From Methanomicrobiales archaeon (lineage in GTDB: Archaea; Halobacteriota; Methanomicrobia; Methanomicrobiales; Methanospirillaceae), in assembly GCA_037137755.1 (NCBI GenBank), contig JBAXJR010000063.1:1-10962 (forward strand): a DNA stretch of 10,962 bases, read 5' to 3'. Each line of letters starts with the position of its first letter. The stretch's first letter is position 1. The translations under genes were made by a program, and so were the position numbers. Positions 7,465-10,962 of this stretch are shown here, one piece after another. The notes below the pieces were generated by a model. It was not told the origin of the DNA. It ran no database searches and saw nothing but the letters and a program-made list of their open reading frames with translations.

Positions 7465-7696
7465 TCATTCAAGGTAGTGCAGGAATTCCTCTTCGGATAT
7501 TCCTGAAGCCTTGAGAATCGAAATTAATGTCGTCCGGTCAAGTTCATCATGAATTGGTATGGTGACGTTCAGCCTTATTGTGGGCAATTGCTTTTACATG
7601 CGTCTCATGACTGCCTTTTTGGCGAACAAAAGAAAATCCTGCCCGGGCGATTGCCCGGATCATATCGTTCCCTGATATAATAGAGAGATGTTTCAA
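7465..7696 (-). pseudogene. hicA: HicA toxin, frameshifted
   Basis: TTG start overlapping the HicB stop: MKHLSIISGNDMIRAIARAGFSFVRQKGSH, then a +1 shift and an in-frame TAA, then KQLPTIRLNVTIPIHDELDRTTLISILKASGISEEEFLHYLE*. Length is 232 nt, i.e. 77 codons plus 1 base. Confidence 0.9.
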
Positions 7697-7893
7697 ACGG
7701 CAACCTCGATGACGCGTGCCCCCTCACCGGGAACAATATCTTCATCGCGTTCGAGATATAGTAAGATTGCCTCTTTAATATTTTCCCTTGCCTCTTTCTG
7801 GGTTTTACCCTGTGAGATACAACCGGGAAGTGCGGGGACGGTTACAACATACCAGCCATCCTGACCTTTCGTGATAACAACTTTCGAATGCAT
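7693..7893 (-). CDS. hicB: HicB-family antitoxin (short form without DNA-binding domain)
   Basis: DGWYVVTVPALPGCISQGKTQKEARENIKEAILLYLE is the HicB signature. Confidence 0.93.
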   Translation of the reverse strand: MHSKVVITKGQDGWYVVTVPALPGCISQGKTQKEARENIKEAILLYLERDEDIVPGEGARVIEVAV

Positions 7894-8476
7894 TACTTAC
7901 CCCGTATTCGTGTGTAGTTGTTGGAATTCACAAAATAATACTCTTTATTGTGGTGAAGTCGATAAGCCACATGGTGAAATCCGGGTCTGTAACATCAGGT
8001 TGGGGGTGAATATCCGATTTTTTCTGGAACTGATATTTCCACTATTTACCGGGATTTCCAGGAAAACCATCCCGAATTTGTCCTGTTATGAATCCGCATC
8101 AAAAATTGTCGGGCAGAACTTAAAGAAATGCACCATTGTGGTCCTGGAACTCCCCGTGTATTCCAGGTGTGTCGGAATAGGTCCTTGGACCATTCCATGA
8201 GCGGGAGTCCAGTATACAATGTGACAGGGACTTTTTTTATCGGGTATTCACCGGAAAGTACCAATCCTGTTGATGTGGTGCACATTCCCACCCAATCGTA
8301 CAAGATTGTTTCCGGTATAGGCAAGCAGAGCAAGACACAGGAACCCGATTCCTATGTCTCCCTTTTTCCGTTCGGCAAACTCTTGCAATTTTGATTATAC
8401 CGGTATTCTTATATGGAAAGGATCCGCGCCCTATTTCACGCTGCACTAATATACACGTGAAGCTTACCTATCATAT

Positions 8477-8770
8477 ATGAAGACCCGGGAAGAGTTTGTT
8501 TCAATTCTCTTATCGCTCAAAGGCGACCTTGAAGCTCGGTTTCATGTTAAATCTATCGGGATTTTCGGTTCTGTGGCGAGAAATGAGAATACTGATAAAA
8601 GTGATCTGGATCTCATCGTTGATTTTTCAGAGCCTGTAGGTATGTTCAAATTCCAGGAACTCCAGGATTATCTTCGTGATGCCCTGAATATCGACGTTGA
8701 TCTTACTACCCCCCGTGCGCTTAAACCAGCGATCAAACTCACGGTTGAGAGAGATGTGCTCTATGTCTGA
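8477..8770 (+). CDS. Minimal nucleotidyltransferase (MNT) antitoxin
   Basis: IGIFGSVARNENTDKSDLDLIVDF contains GS-x10-DxD; C-terminal VDLTT motif. Confidence 0.93.
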   Translation: MKTREEFVSILLSLKGDLEARFHVKSIGIFGSVARNENTDKSDLDLIVDFSEPVGMFKFQELQDYLRDALNIDVDLTTPRALKPAIKLTVERDVLYV

Positions 8771-9104
8771 AAGAAGGACCCTGCAGCTCTTTCTCGATGA
8801 TATGGGTAATGCGATTCATCGTATCCTTTACTTTATTCAGGATATGACATACGAAGAATTTTTACAAGATGTGAAAACTCAGGATGCGGTTCTCCGGAAC
8901 ATACAGGTAATGGGGGATGCAGCCACCAATATTTCCCCGGAGATCTGCCTTCTCTATCAGGATATTGACTGGAAGTATATCGTCGGGATGAGAAATCTTA
9001 TCACACATAGGTATTTTGATGTAGACCTGTGGATTCTCTGGACCACGATAACAGAGGACCTTCCACGACTCGAACGCCAATTGAAAACTATTATCGTCAA
9101 ATAA
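8763..9104 (+). CDS. HEPN (DUF86/HepT-like) ribonuclease toxin
   Basis: MSERRTLQLFLDDM...TQDAVLRNIQVMGDAA...WKYIVGMRNLITHRYFDVD, with the R-x4-H-x-Y motif intact. ATG 8763 overlapping the MNT end is preferred over the ORF-track start at 8697. Confidence 0.92.
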   Translation: MSERRTLQLFLDDMGNAIHRILYFIQDMTYEEFLQDVKTQDAVLRNIQVMGDAATNISPEICLLYQDIDWKYIVGMRNLITHRYFDVDLWILWTTITEDLPRLERQLKTIIVK

Positions 9105-9155
9105 GAAGGTTTACAACTATCACAGGATTTTTTCATGAATCGAATTCCTGGCTTA

Positions 9156-9377
9156 ATAACGAAAATTACCGTCATATCAGGCTGTTCTGTTATCAACGTG
9201 TTCAGCTGACCTGGGTGGAATCCCGTATGACAACGTGGCAGTCATGTTGTGGTGACAAAAAACCAGAATCTCACTATATGATTGCAGTCTCGCTTCACAA
9301 TGAGTTAAGAAAGTTCTGCCAGGAAAGACCTTTTTGGATATGACATTTCAGTGGAGGAATTTGTTAATCTGATACCC
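9156..9377 (+). pseudogene. Second, heavily decayed HicA toxin relic
   Basis: Read across stops and frameshifts: ITKITVISGCSVINVFS*PGWNPV*QRGSHVVVTK / KPESHYMIAVSLHNELRK / DISVEEFVNLI. This matches the HicA layout (..VISG...RQxGSH...VPxHxEL...ISxEEF). Ends are approximate. Confidence 0.78.
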
Positions 9378-9890
9378 GTATTAACCCCATTTATCACACA
9401 AATTCCGTGAATCCTTGATTCCCAACCAAAATCCCTTCGTTTTCCGGCCCCTGCTATCCCGATTCCTGCCCGTTTATCGAATACTCTCATAAACCAGTCC
9501 GAAATATGAGGTAAAAGCCCTGCAGACAACAATGTACTCCTGGCATTTCTCTCCGAATTCAGATCTGGCACAGATCAGCCGTTTTTAAAGAATATCCCCA
9601 GATTAGTTGATTTTAACGTGTTTCCGTGTGGAAAACGGCCGAATTATGGGGTATTTCTGTCATGCTCCGGGAGTCGCACGTATACGTGCCTGGAAAATCC
9701 CAGGCCTTTAGATTTATCCGCTCCGCGCACGAGAGTTGCCAATACTATGTCAATACAACAATCGTTTCAGGGTTATTGGGGTAAGTAGGGGGCTATACCG
9801 AATCATATCCGTGTTATTTATGCCATCTCAATGAATTACAACAACAGGTTACAATAAAGCATTCAAATTTGCGACCTATATTAAAAAATA

Positions 9891-9963
9891 GCCATAATTA
9901 TGGCCAGAATTCGAAAATACTCAATAATTGCCTTATATGGAACGTTACCTACTTATTTATACC
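9891..9963 (+). promoter_or_regulatory. Putative pilin promoter region
   Basis: Perfect palindrome GCCATAATTATGGC (9891-9904), followed by TATA-like boxes TTATAT (9933-9938) and TTTATA (9956-9961). SD-like GAGGTG at 10022-10027. Confidence 0.55.
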
Positions 9964-10034
9964 AAGAAAGAATACCTCATATCATACGTCGCTGCATCGG
10001 TTGATGCAGGCGTAAGCAACCGAGGTGTTGTAAA

Positions 10035-10496
10035 ATGAAGAAGATGTCAACATATGGAAAGGGAAGTGAGGATGCAGTATCGCCGGTCATCGGTGTCATC
10101 CTGATGGTCGCGATTACGGTTATCCTCGCTGCAGTGATTGCAGCATTCGTGTTCGGAATGGCAGGCAACGTCAGCAAGACACGGAGTGTCGCATTTACTG
10201 CTCAAAAATCTGGTGTAGCAGGTGGAACTCCAACAATCTCTATTACAAATAATGGGGGTCCAGATGCGTCAAGCATAGCGACTACTGCTTACACAGCAAA
10301 CAGTCAAACTGGTACTGGTGTAAATGTAACTGTTAATGGAGCTCAAGTACAACCGGTCGCCGCTACTGGCGGTGTAGTTAATGCAAGTGTCGGTACAAGT
10401 GCAAAATTTACTGGGACTACAACCAAGGATCACGTAATTGTAACTGTTTCATTCACTGATGGAACCGCACAAGTAATGCTGGACACCGAAGTCTAA
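10035..10496 (+). CDS. Archaeal type IV pilin (Pilin_N/DUF1628)
   Basis: Class III signal peptide MKKMSTYGKGSEDA followed by the conserved VSPVIGVILMVAITVILAAVIAAFVFG H-domain; Thr/Gly-rich beta region; N-glycosylation sequons NVS, NVT and NAS. Confidence 0.95.
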   Translation: MKKMSTYGKGSEDAVSPVIGVILMVAITVILAAVIAAFVFGMAGNVSKTRSVAFTAQKSGVAGGTPTISITNNGGPDASSIATTAYTANSQTGTGVNVTVNGAQVQPVAATGGVVNASVGTSAKFTGTTTKDHVIVTVSFTDGTAQVMLDTEV

Positions 10497-10497
10497 A

Positions 10498-10517
10498 TTT
10501 AATTTATTTTCTTTTTG
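10498..10517 (+). terminator. Probable oligo-T archaeal terminator
   Basis: TTTAATTTATTTTCTTTTT immediately after the pilin stop codon. Confidence 0.5.
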
Positions 10518-10588
10518 CATTTTAGAAATTATTGCAGTACTCTCCCTTGATAGATCTAAAGGGTAAGCAGTTTTCAATAGTGGTTACT

Positions 10589-10689
10589 ACCCAACTTTGC
10601 CATTTGGATTTTTTTTGCTTAAAATCGGATAAGAATTTGACACTTTTTGAGGCTCTGTAAGTGTGCCAAAAAAAGACCTTAATACGAAG
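10589..10689. repeat. Direct repeat, copy 1 (~100 bp; possible IS-end remnant)
   Basis: ACCCAACTTTGCCATTTGG...GACCTTAATACGAAG, nearly identical to 10863-10962. Confidence 0.92.
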
Positions 10690-10862
10690 ATTTTTTGAAT
10701 TGTTCATCTCTCTAACAAGATCGAGAGTTTTTACTTCAAGCATATTTCCACGAAATTCATCAAATAATCTCTATCGAATTTGACAGTCATCTTGGATTCG
10801 TGGGAACGTAAGGCCAAAAATATGTCGACTCCAACTTCAATGCCATTAACTCTATGATTATA

Positions 10863-10962
10863 ACCCAACTTTGCCATTTGGATTTTTTGCTTAAAATTGG
10901 ATAAGAATTTGACACTTTTTGAGGCTCTGTAAGTGTGCCAAAAAAAAGACCTTAATACGAAG
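10863..10962. repeat. Direct repeat, copy 2 (runs off the window edge)
   Basis: Differs from copy 1 only by T8 versus T6, one C/T substitution and A7 versus A8. Confidence 0.92.

Noticed and set aside
7367-7468. 33-aa minus-strand ORF (MNQQIGLFLIAGSF...) overlapping the hicA stop as ATGA
   Set aside because: It is short, has no recognisable family, and such an overlap can arise by chance.
7560-7620. Programmed frameshift in hicA
   Set aside because: No slippery heptamer at the shift point, and the downstream frame has a TAA right there. Mutational decay is the simpler explanation.
5523-9400. TA array as an archaeal integron cassette array
   Set aside because: Modules have mixed orientations, no repeated attC-like (RYYYAAC...GTTRRRY) sites were found by eye, and the integrase is ~4.7 kb away behind housekeeping-type genes. 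IntegronFinder would settle it.
9029-9571. ORFs 9029..9343 (+) and 9305..9571 (-)
   Set aside because: The first is a chimera of an off-frame HEPN tail and part of the HicA relic. The second has no motifs.
10522-10962. ORF 10522..10743 as a gene; the repeat as a CRISPR array or DGR TR/VR pair
   Set aside because: The ORF runs through the repeat, whose copies differ by frameshifting indels. The repeat is too long for CRISPR, has only two copies, and lacks the many adenine-specific substitutions of a DGR.

Overview
Probably archaeal DNA from a methanogen (Methanomicrobiales-like; inferred from the archaeal Pilin_N pilin, the PAS histidine kinase style and TATA-type promoters). The left half has a partial tyrosine recombinase on the minus strand that the ORF track missed (<1..851), an ABC ATPase, a Cys-rich hypothetical protein, thiD and a PAS histidine kinase. 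Mobile-element scars lie between these genes: an IS5-family-like terminal repeat right after the ABC stop codon, a 5'-truncated and internally deleted group II intron abutting that IS end, and a complete 257-bp ISL3-type MITE with an 8-bp target-site duplication. About 5.6-9.4 kb is a dense toxin-antitoxin island with six modules or relics: DUF4258/DUF2283, RHH/RelE, AbrB/VapC, HicB/HicA, MNT/HEPN and a second decayed HicA. The visible damage falls on toxin genes, while the five antitoxin ORFs are intact. The window ends with an archaeal type IV pilin gene that has a structured leader and upstream palindromes, followed by a ~100-bp direct repeat running off the edge. No rRNA, tRNA or CRISPR array was seen. 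All family calls come from reading motifs by eye; no database search was run.
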